NCBI GenBank assembly: GCA_964016885.1
Contig: OZ024743.1
Location: 152,830,001-152,894,000 of the forward strand
Length of the DNA stretch: 64,000 nt
Direction: 5' to 3'
Source of the DNA: Eledone cirrhosa
Taxonomy: Eukaryota
Shown: positions 40,990 through 53,539 of the stretch, piece by piece
How the letters are laid out: each line of letters starts with the position of its first letter
Position numbering within the stretch: the stretch's first letter is position 1
Made by a program: the position numbers and the translations under genes
The notes under the pieces: model-generated
Database searches by the model: none
Seen by the model: the letters and a program-made list of their open reading frames with translations, nothing else
What the model was told of the DNA's origin: nothing

Positions 40990-41170
40990 CATTTTGCTGT
41001 ATACACTGTACTAATATATTGAGTACCTTACTTACTGTGGTTAACACTGATACATACATTTATAAATATAAATATATATGTATGTAAAAGGTAAACAGAA
41101 ATAACAACACAATCGGTACAGTATATGGAAGGTATATATTAGGTTAACGCTTGATATAGCAGGAAGAGGG

Positions 41171-41206
41171 TCTTAACGTTTTGGACGCTAGTCCTTAATC
41201 AGAAGA
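41171..41206 (-). ncRNA. Degenerate minimal hammerhead in a short repeat (about 41083-41315)
   Basis: tctt CTGATTA aGGAC tagc GTCC AAAA cgtTA aga; two core substitutions; same family as 3091-3128. Confidence 0.55.
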
Positions 41207-41311
41207 AAGAATGAGAAATAAAATAGATTGAGGGGATGGGCGGCGTGGAATTGGAAAAAATGTCTTTAGATAAAAATAACAGGTCCATTCATGTTGACAT
41301 CTCTTGCAAAA

Positions 41312-41373
<62 letters not shown>

Positions 41374-41565
41374 GTATAGGATTATCCAAGATGTAGTAAT
41401 GGTTAATTACTACACTTGATATGGTTGACGTACGGTAAGAGGTTACTCTACGAGTTATGGAAGAATTGTTGAAGAAACTTAGTTCCTGATCCTTCTATAT
41501 TCCGGAGTGTATATAAAGAATGAATAATAACAGGTAGACATCATAAAAAGGTAATTTATTCCGTG

Positions 41566-41677
41566 TGCTTACAAGTGTTTCTACGGTGGTACTACAGCCT
41601 AGTTATGCTATGTGCAAATTCACAAGTACTTGCAGAACTCAAATATCCAACGCTGTGACCACTGTTTCCTCAGAGCA
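41566..41677 (-). ncRNA. Type-I hammerhead with long stem II (left pLTR)
   Basis: tgct CTGAGGA a acagtggt..acagc...gctgt..accaccgt a GAAA cacttg TA agca. Confidence 0.75.
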
Positions 41678-42167
41678 GAATGGTAAAATGTACAATGTAA
41701 ATACCCTTAAGTGGGGTTGTTGGGGAAGATAGAGTAGAAAAGGAAGAGAGAAAAGTAGGGAGAGGGAGAGAGAGAGAAAGATATGCAGGGGTTGGAGAAG
41801 TAGGAGAGAGTGGTTTATAGATATCTTAATCAAAATGTTATGGTAGGGGTTTTATTATACTGGTTACTTTTGGAGAGATGCGTTGATAGTTATGGTCGGA
41901 ATTATTTATTGCCCCAGAGGGCAGGTTCATAGATGTTGAGAGGGAGGTAGGCCAAAGGCGAGAGACAGAGAGTGTAATGGATGTAGAGAGAGAGGTAGAG
42001 AGGGGACAGACGAAGTTTGTGTGGTGAGTGAACTTTGGGTTTGTAGTAGTAATCTAGGAATTGCACTGAGTTACCATTTATAGTGATAAGCAGTGTATTG
42101 TCTTGTAGTGTGGGGGGAAGAGAAGGTGGTTAGCTAGAAAGCGGTGTTATAGTTACGGGTTCGAATG

Positions 42168-42900
42168 TTAAGTTATTTTATAGTGAGAGAATTTAGCTTT
42201 TAGTTTGTGGTTGCAGTATAATGATCGTTCAATTCTATCGTTAAGTAGTTTGTTTTGGGATTTTAATATGTAAAAGAGCTCAAGGTTACATAACCTGCAG
42301 TACTTCAATCCACTCCGATATGCACTTGCGCTGGAAAGTATATCCCATTTTAAGGTGAACTGTTGGTTGTGTTCACGGAGTTGCCAGGTCTTGTTGGCGA
42401 GCGTGGTCACAAAACGGTGATTGGGATGTTTGATTGAGAATCGATGACGGTACCAGCGAGATTTAAACGAAGTGGTGGTAGATCCGATATAATACCATTT
42501 CTGGTCGTTCGATTCAACCTTGCATTGGTAAACAATGTTGGACTTTAGGCATTCATTCTTCAATGGACATCTTTCAGGTAGATGGCAGTTACATTCTTTG
42601 TTGTGGGTAGCGGGTATACCATGGATAGGTTGTGATAGCGGTACAGGTGGGTTGTGTAATACCCGTCTCCCATTTAGTGGTTGGGAGGCAGATATTGCGT
42701 TCTGCCCATCTGTTACTAAAATGTTTTGTTTTGTAGAGTTGTTTAATTGCCTTAGGTTAAGTTTTTTTATGTATGCTTCAAGGTTTGGTGCCGTCAGGTA
42801 TGATAGTCTAATAGTTTTAGAGTTCAGAATTTTGCTGTATTTATGGGAACTAGGGAAGTGTTTGTTGATTAACTTAAAGAATGAAAGAGATAGTTTTGTA
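42168..42900 (-). CDS. Uninterrupted PLE thumb/linker + GIY-YIG endonuclease reading frame, 5'-truncated (Naiad-like)
   Basis: FFKLINKHFP..KILN..TIRLSY, CNC....CPL...C, NIVYQC..YYIGSTTTSFKSRW.RH, CRLCNLE and LLNDR.E...CNH. The ORF start at 42944 comes from the inverted arm. Confidence 0.88.
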
Positions 42901-43471
42901 CTACTTAACGATAGAATTGAACGATCATTATACTGCAACCACAAACTAAAAGCTAAATTCTCTCACTATAAAATAACTTAACATTCGAACCCGTAACTAT
43001 AACACCGCTTTCTAGCTAACCACCTTCTCTTCCCCCCACACTACAAGACAATACACTGCTTATCACTATAAATGGTAACTCAGTGCAATTCCTAGATTAC
43101 TACTACAAACCCAAAGTTCACTCACCACACACACTTCGTCTGTCCCCTCTCTACCTCTCTCTCTACATCCATTACACTCTCTGTCTCTCGCCTTTGGCCT
43201 ACCTCCCTCTCAACATCTATGAACCTGCCCTCTGGGGCAATAAATAATTCCGACCATAACTATCAACGCATCTCTCCAAAAGTAACCAGTATAATAAAAC
43301 CCCTACCATAACATTTTGATTAAGATATCTATAAACCACTCTCTCCTACTTCTCCAACCCCTGCATATCTTTCTCTCTCTCTCCCTCTCCCTACTTTTCT
43401 CTCTTCCTTTTCTACTCTATCTTCCCCAACAACCCCACTTAAGGGTATTTACATTGTACATTTTACCATTC

Positions 43472-43583
43472 TGCTCTGAGGAAACAGTGGTCACAGCATT
43501 GGATATTTGAGTTCTGCAAGTACTTGTGAATTTGCACATAGCATAACTAGGCTGTAGTACCACCGTGGAAACACTTGTAAGCA
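43472..43583 (+). ncRNA. Type-I hammerhead with long stem II (right pLTR)
   Basis: Stem I tgct/agca; CTGAGGA at 43476; GAAA at 43568; GUA triplet. Confidence 0.75.
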
Positions 43584-43630
43584 CACGGAATAAATTACCT
43601 TTTTATGATGTCTACCTGTTATTATTCATT

Positions 43631-43709
<79 letters not shown>

Positions 43710-43802
43710 TTTTGCAAGAGATGTCAACATGAATGGACCTGTTATTTTTATCTAAAGACATTTTTTCCAATTCCATCCCGCCCATCCCCTCAATCTATTT
43801 AT

Positions 43803-44178
43803 ATCATCATCATCGTTTAACGTCTATATTCCACGCTTGCATGGGTTTGGACGGGAGTTTTCCCACTTGAGGCAAGAGTGGTTGTCTTGCTCGCATAGGA
43901 CTGTCTGGCGGGTTTTCTACGGCTGGATGCCCTTCCTAACAGCGACCACATGTATAGTGTGGAGTGGGAGGTTTTTACCGTGTTACCTACACGGCCACAT
44001 TACAGCGTGGACTGTGTGTTTTTTTGTCGTGACACCTACACGACCTCATTTGTTTCGGCCTGGATGTTGTGGTACCAACATAACTTTACATTGAAAGGGG
44101 TGCTGTGGATGGGGTGGGGGTAGTGGGACGGAGGTGTATTTTGTTAGAGGTGCCTACTGACTGTAGTAGGTTTTACTT

Positions 44179-44180
<2 letters not shown>
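43803..44180 (-). mobile_element. RTE 3' UTR fragment
   Basis: Homologous to 9740-10140. Confidence 0.75.
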
Positions 44181-44260
<80 letters not shown>

Positions 44261-44558
44261 TATATATAGAGACAAGTAAAATTCTGACCATGTCGCCAAG
44301 CAGTTTCAGTTGGAATTTTACCTATCTTATTTCTAAACCTACTCTGTATCTCTCCATGCATTATGTCCTCCAATGATTAGTGGTCTTCTCGGGCTCAGGA
44401 CCGCAGACTCTCTCTTTACTTATATATATATATATATATATACATACTCACAAACACACATACATATATATATACACATATCAAAGTACTGTAGTTTGCT
44501 TGAAGCATTGCTGAATAGGAAATATAAAGGTGACAAGATAATGATAGAATTTTACCAC

Positions 44559-44712
44559 AGCAAATTTAATTATCCCAAAATATTTTCATGTTTAATTATC
44601 CCAAAATATTTTCAGGTTTAGTCAAGGGACTATCTCTGACTGATGCCTTAAGACCTTCACAGGGACACTCCCTTGATAATGGGCTTTCAAATTTGGGATA
44701 ATTAAATTTGCT
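44559..44712. repeat. Short foldback/MITE
   Basis: AGCAAATTTAATTATCCCAAA ... TTTGGGATAATTAAATTTGCT, with an inner TCAAGGGA/TCCCTTGA pair. Confidence 0.65.
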
Positions 44713-44768
44713 AAGCATTTTCTAATGCATTGTATGGCTTTTAAATTTATTCAAATATATATATATAT

Positions 44769-44817
<49 letters not shown>

Positions 44818-45215
44818 TTTATATATTATGCTTGTGTATAGTAGTAGAGTAATTTAGTAGAAATTTTAGAAATGCTTTTGTTACATAAATATTGTCCAGA
44901 AAAATAAACCAATGGAAGAACAGATACAAACACCATTGTCTGTAGGGAAACTTCCAAGTCAATTTAGTACTTCTCTTTATCAAAGAAACGTCTGGTGGGT
45001 TTTCATATGATATCTTGGGTGGAGGGAAAAATGTTTATCTACTTGCAATGTAGACTCACGTTTATCATGAAATATAAGAATTATCTCTTTGAAAGAGGAC
45101 AATTGATTAGCAACTGATAACTTATCAGATTCAAAGAAAGGCCCCAAGTAATTTCACAGGTTGGAAGACATAAGTAAAATAGAAGAGATAGAAATGATTA
45201 TAATGATATTTTGAA

Positions 45216-45246
<31 letters not shown>

Positions 45247-45276
45247 GGTGTATAGGTGTATATATATATATAGGTG

Positions 45277-45391
<115 letters not shown>

Positions 45392-45652
45392 ACGTAGTTA
45401 AGAAAGCCACAACAATGCAGAGGGAAATCTCGAGGTAGGAAGTGAATGATAGATAGGAGAAACAGGTGAAAGTGAAAATTGAGAGAGACAAAGATAAAAA
45501 CAAAACAAAGGTAGAAGGGTTACCGTTGTGGAGATTTAATCCCAATATTTCGGGCTCACGCCCATCAACGGGGGAAAGTTCCAAAAGGGTGGGAACAGGC
45601 CAAGCGGAGAAAGTTGTGATGTCGTTAAGACAGGAATTAGAATTAACACCCT

Positions 45653-45688
<36 letters not shown>

Positions 45689-46442
45689 CATGTATACATA
45701 CACTAACACACACATATGTATGTATATATAAAAATGGAAATGGTCTAAGTTCCCCACCCCTCTTCTTGAAGCTTCTCCCACTCTTTACACATCCACACAC
45801 GTTCCACCTCTTCACCAACTTAGCCACATACATTGACACAACCGTTTACCAGTTATACCCATATGACCCCTATTTTTAACCCCACCAATGTCACCAAATA
45901 ATTAACTAACAGATCAACACCACCCACCACTAACACTACTAAACCCCTGTCTACCTCCAAACTCCACCGCTCTACCACCCATAAACACATACATCTGATC
46001 CATCAACAATACACACATATCCAACAACTACTAACTTCTAACTACCCTGTATCACCAATATACACACACTCTGTCATCACATCTCCCTCCTAAACCACTT
46101 CTGTTCAGTGTGTGTCACCACATCTCTCGATTCCATCCCTCATATCACCACTTCATTAACCCCCACCCTCACATGCATGCATAAAAAATAATTTTGCTAC
46201 GATAACACATAAAGACACAAACCCACACGTAAAATACACACACATACAAACTGAAGCAACAATACAGATGTATCAATTTTATCCCTTCGGCACACTCACA
46301 ATTACACCCTCCACTTCGGCCCCCACTCTTGAACACCAGACCTCTTGCCTACCAGCCCAAACCTATCAATATTTTCCTAACATTCGTTTCCTGACTTTCA
46401 CACAAAAATTTTATGCACCTACCTGTTCTCTCCTATCTGCAC

Positions 46443-46478
46443 TTTTCTGATGAAGGACTTCGATCTAAAACGTAGAAC
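46443..46478 (+). ncRNA. Decayed minimal hammerhead at the end of a C/A-rich UTR-like segment (about 45720-46505)
   Basis: tttt CTGATGA aggac TTCG atct AAAA cg TA gaa; the GAAA motif and stem II are mutated. Confidence 0.45.
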
Positions 46479-46602
46479 CCTCCTCCACGTATGTTTATAA
46501 ATAAATACACACACACACACACTATTTTCAGAGCACCAGTCCTAATACCTAATTTTTACTGGACCGGCAATCGCTCTGTATAATCAGCTCCTGATTATTA
46601 CT

Positions 46603-46790
46603 GGCGGTGGATTGGCAGTATCGGTAGAGGGTCGGGCGCCATGCTTTGAAGCATAGAGTTACCTCCCTTTATGATCTGAGTTCAAATCCCGCCGAGGTTA
46701 ACTTTGCCTTTCATCCTGACGGGGTCGATAAAATAAAGTACCAGTAATGCACTGGGATAATTGCTGGCCTGGTGCCAAAAGTAGAAACAA
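46603..46790 (+). mobile_element. Full-length tRNA-type SINE with TSD
   Basis: GGCGGTGGATTGGCAG...GTAGAAACA; ATTATTACT(GG) duplicated at 46594 and 46790. Confidence 0.9.
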
Positions 46791-46853
46791 TTATTACTGG
46801 GATTCTATAAGAATCCAGCTTCTATAATTTTCGGCGAAAGCAGGGGAGTATGT

Positions 46854-46895
46854 GACTCTGATGAATGCCAACCAGCGTGAAACAGACTGTCAGCT
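46854..46895 (+). ncRNA. Minimal type-I hammerhead (paralog of 37287-37327)
   Basis: gact CTGATGA ATGC caacca GCGT GAAA cagactg TC agct. Confidence 0.7.
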
Positions 46896-47313
46896 TCTCT
46901 CCCTTCTTTCGCTGAAAAGACGTAAGTGACATAGTCACTACTTTAAAACTGATAGCGTATGGTCTTCTAAATGATTTTAATATTACCAAATATACTATAA
47001 ATACATTCAATTATTATTTATTCATACATCTCTACGAAAGTCAACGTGGCTAGAATATTTCCTATTCATGATCTGAAGATGTCAGTCCTTGATTTTAGGT
47101 AAATATCCAGTGACTATAGAACCTGTAAGATACTGAATTTCTTACTTAGACCGGACAAGCAGTTTTTGCTTCCATTATCCACTGGAAAGTGCTCAGAAAG
47201 AGAACACTATATAAAAGCGGAAGCATATATAACTTTGCACACACCTCTAAGCGTGAATCTAATAAGGTTTTGTATTTTTGCATCACTGTGCTTGTTTTGT
47301 TTATTTTTACTTC

Positions 47314-47407
<94 letters not shown>

Positions 47408-48506
47408 GATTACAACTGTGACATAAACAGGTACTTAAGATTTGTTGGGTTCTGGACCCCAAATCATTCAGCCTGTCCTAAGAAAAATATAAATAAAGAT
47501 GGCCGCCTGGGATTGATTGTGCTTTCCTTTTAGAAATATATCATAAGAGTTTAAACAAAAGCAGATAATTTACTCCTAAACAAAAACGACGAACTGGTAA
47601 CTGCATGCAAACACAGATTGCGGAAGACTTACCTTGCCCTCAAACCCCTAACGAATAAGATAAGGAAAACCCCAACTTATATAGGTAGATGTACCTCTTT
47701 TCTTATCCTTTATGTTTTCTTCTTCCCTTTGTCTCCTCCTATCACTTCTTTCCACCACCGATCTTCTTCCTCATTCGTTTTTCTCCCTTTCGCCTACCCC
47801 GAGGCAGCCCATCGGGCCTCCTTAGCCTCACAACCCCCACGCCAGTAACTTATAGATAGCATTGGCCGATTACGCTATACTAACTATTCATAGCAGCTGT
47901 GTTAGACCCCAGAGATGTGGTATTAATTTTTAATACCCAATTTTCAATAATTCTCATCTAGCAACTGATTCTATAGCATTGGCCGAAAAAGCAGAACAAA
48001 CTACATATAGCAGCTGTGTTAGACTCCTTAGTTTTTGTTTTATTTCACTTCTTACTTTCCAATCTTACATTCTGATATATCTTTCTCTTATTTTTTATTA
48101 TATTTTTTCATTGTTCCCTAATCTCATTTGATCTACCAATTCTATAACGTCCCTCCTCCTTTTTCTAAAGAAACCTTTTTTCGCCTACCTCCTCTGGCCT
48201 ACTTTCATACACATTCCTTAGAATTTGCTGTGTAGATTTCACCTTCTACGCTTGACCGGCTCTACCCACTCCGCTATCGTTCTACAGGCAAGTTCAGCCA
48301 CCCCATGTCGCACCTACTGCCATGATAGACTTTTCTGTGTCTGCTACAAATTTTGACCAATCCCCTTGACAACTACAATCTTCCAATATAAGGAAGTACC
48401 CCTTGAAAAGTTCGGCTATTTATTTACCAGACTAAAAAAACTCTTACTTTAGTCCAGAAATAGCCGTCGAAACGGTTTGAGCTCTGCTGTCGGGTTCATA
48501 CTTTCT

Positions 48507-48579
<73 letters not shown>

Positions 48580-49028
48580 TTTTACTCTTTTACCTGTTCC
48601 AGCCATCCGGCTGAGGCCATGCTGGGGCACTACTCTTGGCAGAGAGATTGTAACATGACACAGGCAAAATTACTACTATAGTTAAATGCCTATGTCAACA
48701 GACTTAGCTTTGGATGGTTACGGGAGACCCAAACCTGCAGAAGACGGGAACTCCAGTTACATCATGGAGATACACACAGGATTTGCATATGCATTATGCA
48801 ACTTCTGATGTATCTTCCAGGAGTCCCAGACACCTATCGAAGAGGCTTATCAATAGAAATTGATTCTAGTTGACTCGACATGGTACAGGTTAGTCTTGAT
48901 AAATGTGTACACCTACAGATTTGCATCACCTGTTTCAAATAAAAATCTTTACTGTTCTGAGTTTTACTCGATGGACAACAACTTCCTTTTTACATATTTT
49001 TGTCTATATCCGCTTATGAACATGAATA

Positions 49029-49062
<34 letters not shown>

Positions 49063-49487
49063 TATAAGTAGTGTAAATAGATGGAGCGTATTTTCTCTAG
49101 ATGTTGCTTGTACAAAGTTAGGAAATATAACATACAAATGTTTCGACATATATACATAAATTATAAATGCTTAGACACACAAAGAGAGATAGTCACACAT
49201 TGACACATGCACACACACTTACAAATACACACACACAAGCACACTTAGTGTCTAGAAGGGTTTTATTTGAGAATAATCATTAATTAATTATTAATTTTAA
49301 GATATTGCTGTGATGGAGTGTTGCATTACAAAAAGTATTTTAATAATCATGGGAAACAATCTAAGATGTTTAATTCCCAATTATATATATATTCCTGTAT
49401 ATATATTTATCATAAATTGAGATATAAACTCAAAATAGTCTTTTACAATTAAATAGATCAAAGAAGGGAATCTTTCCAAGCCGTGTA

Positions 49488-49778
49488 ATATAATTGGATA
49501 TATGAGAGGGATGAACACAGATACAAGTATACATGTGTTCCAATTACAAATGACCAAGTTAGCTAGGTTGAAAAAATACTAATTTAAAACAATATGGTTT
49601 GTCTGACTCGATTTGAAGTAATAAATCATTAAATATATTTTTTATTGATTTATTAGTTTAAATCGAGTCAGGCAAACTATATTGTTTAAAAATAGTATTT
49701 TTTTACCCTAGCTAACTTGGTCATTTGCAATTGAAACACGTGTATACTTATATATGTGATCATCCCTCTCATATATCC

Positions 49779-49786
<8 letters not shown>
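49488..49786. repeat. About 300-nt foldback element (about 145-nt arms, minimal spacer)
   Basis: ATATAATTGGATATATGAGAGGGATGA.. / ..TCATCCCTCTCATATATCCAATTATAT, pairing to a centre near 49637. Confidence 0.85.
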
Positions 49787-49834
<48 letters not shown>

Positions 49835-50097
49835 GGAAAAAATGAAACGATATTTCATTTCCCACTCTTAGTACGGCTGTTACTTAAATATAAGTATGTA
49901 CACGTACATACATATATGTATACCGACGTACAGTAGTATGTATATATATATATACATACATGCACACATATATATATGCACGTATGGATTCACCGAACAT
50001 TTATTATAATGCTCGGTGTGTTTGTAAACAAACATCCCGTATTAAGCCGTAGTGTCTAGCAACCACCGTTGTTCGTTTGTTCAACACTGACAAAGGA

Positions 50098-50144
50098 ACG
50101 CTGTACTAGTTTCAAGCTTGCTAGCTATCGTCCGTCAGCAACGT
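50098..50144 (-). ncRNA. Hammerhead copy with the core disrupted by a 4-nt duplication
   Basis: CTGACGGACGA instead of CTGACGA; otherwise as 50524-50566. Confidence 0.65.
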
Positions 50145-50523
50145 ATACCTTCCTGCCAGATTGTTGAACGTATATACTTACCTTATGCATATTAACGGCT
50201 GAGTAGCCCAATTTGCATATAGAGTGGGTTAATCGGCCGGGTGCACCGAAAACGATAAACGGAAAAAATGAAACGATATTTCATTTCCCACTCTTAGTAC
50301 GGCTGTTACTTAAATATAAGTATGTACACGTACATACATATATGTATACCGACGTACAGTAGTATGTATATATATATATACATACATGCACACATATATA
50401 TATGCACGTATGGATTCACCGAATATTTATTATAATGCTCGGTGTGTTTGTAAACAAACATCCCGTATTAAGCCGTAGTGTCTAGCAACCACCGTTGCTC
50501 GTTTGTTCAACACTGACAAAGGA

Positions 50524-50566
50524 ACGCTGTACTAGTTTCAAGCTTGTTAGCTATCGTCAGCAACGT
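50524..50566 (-). ncRNA. Minimal type-I hammerhead ribozyme
   Basis: ACGTTG CTGACGA t AGCT aaca AGCT t GAAA CTAG TA CAGCGT: 6-bp stem I, palindromic stem III, GUA triplet; predicted cut between 50530 and 50529. Confidence 0.87.
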
Positions 50567-52821
50567 ATACCTTCCTGCCAGATTGTTGAACGTATATACT
50601 TACCTTATGCATATTAACGGCTGAGTAGCCCAATTTGCATATCGAGTGGGTTAATCGGCCGGGTGCACCGAAAACGATAAACGGAAAAAATGAAACGATA
50701 TTTCATTTCCCACTCTTAGTACGGCTGTTACTTAAATATAAGTATGTACACGTACATACATATATGTATACCGACGTACAGTAGTATGTATATATATATA
50801 TACATACATGCACACATATATATATGCACGTATGGATTCACCGAACATTTATTATAATGCTCGGTGTGTTTGTAAACAAACATCCCGTATTAAGCCGTAG
50901 TGTCTAGCAACCACCGTTGCTCGTTTGTTCAACACTGACAAAGGAACGCTTTTGCGAAAGTTTGCCAAAAAAAATGAGTTGCGCAAAGTGCTAGAAATAA
51001 CAGCCAAAGTTGATGGGTCAAGAGGCCAGCGACCATAGAAATAAGCATTCTGAATAAATGCGCAGTTTTCAACGTCAAATTTACGTGGTAAATTTTTAAA
51101 CCGGCAAATAGGAGAATATAGCTTAAGGCTGGATAATCCTTGGCAAGAAACATTATCTATGGCGTGTGTTATCTCAGTGAGTCAACATGTGTGCTCCCAC
51201 ACACGTGCCGAAACAAGGTTAAAGTCAAGATGAATAAACAAAAAATATTTCTTTTGCGCGAGAAAATGATAGTGGAACAGCTCGTTGGCAGCCATTTTGA
51301 AAATATTGTGTGTGAACGTGACAATATGATGAAGAAGAAGGAAAGGCTATATTCACTTTGTATACAAATATGGCGGGAGTTCCATTTGTGTGTGAAAGTT
51401 ATGAAAAGTAGCGAAAAAGGCTTAGTTGAATGAGTAAGCGAGCTGTGATGTTCATCAAAATTGACATGTTGAATATAAGAATACAGGAGTCCAAGTCTTT
51501 TTGAGTGTTCGTTGTGAGAAGAACGAAGGATATATCCAGTGAGTGAAACACATTTAAACGATGTAAATACGTGAGGTGAAAAACAAAATGTTTTCTTGTT
51601 TGTTTGCTGCTGAGAAAAAATCGTTCGGAGAAAAAATCCATGTGGAATGTAGTTAGAGGAATTTTTTATTTTTGAAATACTGCTAATTAATTTTCTTTTT
51701 TCCATATTCACACAACACCAGATCCTATTATTTTTTCTCGGGGTCACCAATTATAACAGGGTGACTGAGGGTTGTATGTACAATATTTATTTACGAAGAT
51801 TGAGTTATGTAGAGCCGAATAGCTGGCATGCTAAGAGAGATAAAACAATGAATTAAGGATTTCAGAAGACATGGTCCATTGGCTGAAGTGTTGCCAGGCC
51901 GTGGTTAAGTTGTTGTGTTACATGTTGGCTAGTGCTTTCACGACGAAAGAAAGTTAGGTGTTTACCTTTTCACAGACAGGAAGCGAGAGAGTATACCATC
52001 GGCGGAATGCGCCTGGCCGAAGGCCAGCAGCCGAAAGGTGAAAAGAGAGGGAGATAGCTTTCAGCTCTCTTGTTTTGCAAAGACTTTTTTATTTTTCTTG
52101 TTCTGCAACATTAATTGTGTAATTGCCATAATTTTTATATACATACAAGGCGTGTACATATTCTGTTTTTCTTGCACACTACACAACCACGTTTGTTTCA
52201 CCTTTTGGTTCATACACTGAGCAATAGATATTTGTGTCCCTCTAACTCTTACACTACAAAATGTTTTCTCTTTGATCACACATTTCACAAATCACATCCT
52301 CAAAACACTGGTCTTCTTTTTTCACGTACACATTCACTCAATAGCTCGAGAATGCCTCGCTATTTTTTTTTACCACATGCATTCGCTCAAGTCATGTGCT
52401 GTGGAGCAAACTGTTACTTTTAGGCAGCATGCTTACGGCCATTCAGTTCACACATTACGGTTATCTTCACTGCTCAGTTAGACTTTTTGTCACGCAATTC
52501 ACAGGCAGCTCAACCCAAATTGCAACAGGCTCATTCATCGCGCCTGCATAAATCTGGTCAAAGTCATTTTATAGTTTATTTCTTTTTTCGCTTCCTGACA
52601 CACACATCTTGCCATATCATCTCTACATCGACTCAGTCCTATACTCGATGATCACAAAATTTCCCAACGTTCTGGACACTTCTTGGGCTATTGTCATGAC
52701 AAATGCACCACTGGCCCATTACTATACGATATTTCGCTCTTTTGTTGTACAAAAGATCTGGCAGGGGGATAATGTACAGCCACCTGAAATAACATCTGTG
52801 AAATATACAGCTCCATCTATC

Positions 52822-53250
52822 TGTTAGCTAGCTACCTCACCGTGAAACAAACAACCCTTAAAATCCACCAGAATAGAACGCCTACGCAGCGGCTAAACAT
52901 AAAACGATTATTTCTGTATAAATAGAGTGGTTCCAAACACTTTCGCCAGTCGACTTTGGCAGAGTCAACTCGCGTATCGTTGTTCTTCCCCTCTGCCACG
53001 CTTGTCACTCACACACGCCTTGTACCTTGTATCGTCGCTTCATGTGAAAATAAATAGCTGATCGAAACTACATCTCTCGCCTTGCTCGTCCTTTCAACTT
53101 GTGCTTTCGTCTGTCCATCCTTACCGTATGTGACAACAGTTCTTTTAAGAGCTATCTTCAGATCTGATCAGACCGTATGCGATAACAGTCCTTCTAAGGG
53201 CTATCACGGATCTGATCAGAAGTAGTGACCAGACTGACTAACCACGTCGC

Positions 53251-53254
<4 letters not shown>
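52822..53254 (+). mobile_element. Possible solo LTR or LTR end
   Basis: TGTTAGC...GCTACA termini, TATAAATAG at about 52917, AATAAA at about 53049, an internal about 49-nt tandem pair at 53124-53220; no clear TSD. Confidence 0.35.
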
Positions 53255-53312
<58 letters not shown>

Positions 53313-53539
53313 TATAAATTCAGCGAGATTCGCATTTCGGCGAGTAGAAAAAACGTAACGCAAATTCCGAGTCATGCTGTCAAGGGATCCATGGGATAAA
53401 AAAGATCAGAGCAATAAACATAGGTTATAAAGGCCATACAAACTGAGAAGGCAGTCAAGAAGCCATGTGTGTGTGTGTAAAAGGTAAACAGAAATAACAA
53501 CACATTTGGTACAGTATATGGAAGGAATATATTAGGACG

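Larger units (their letters stand above)
41220..43800. mobile_element. Penelope-like element 3' half with inverted pLTR (large palindrome)
   Basis: 41511-42248 is a near-perfect reverse complement of 42901-43637; flank 41220-41315 is also duplicated inverted at 43707-43800. Confidence 0.9.
46521..47009 (+). repeat. Permuted monomer of the 315-320-nt hammerhead family, interrupted by a SINE
   Basis: Colinear with the 37-38 kb unit but with a different start point. Confidence 0.8.
49831..50950 (-). repeat. Tandem array of a 422-nt hammerhead-bearing unit (2.6 copies), retrozyme-like
   Basis: AAACGGAAAAAATGAAACG starts at 49831, 50257 and 50679; copies are nearly identical; (TA)n at one end. 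Confidence 0.93.

Noticed and set aside
41639-43510. Two identical 64-aa ORFs on opposite strands
   Set aside because: By-product of the inverted pLTR, with CT-rich low complexity.
47850-48030. Short direct repeats ATAGCATTGGCCGA...ATAGCAGCTGTGTTAGAC as a ribozyme pair
   Set aside because: No valid core or stems could be assigned.
50035-50055. GTATTAAGC resembling a twister ribozyme L4 loop
   Set aside because: The flanks do not form P4, and the unit is already explained by a minus-strand hammerhead.
49831-50950. CRISPR-like or simple satellite interpretation of the tandem arrays
   Set aside because: Eukaryotic context, whole units repeated without unique spacers, and no cas genes.
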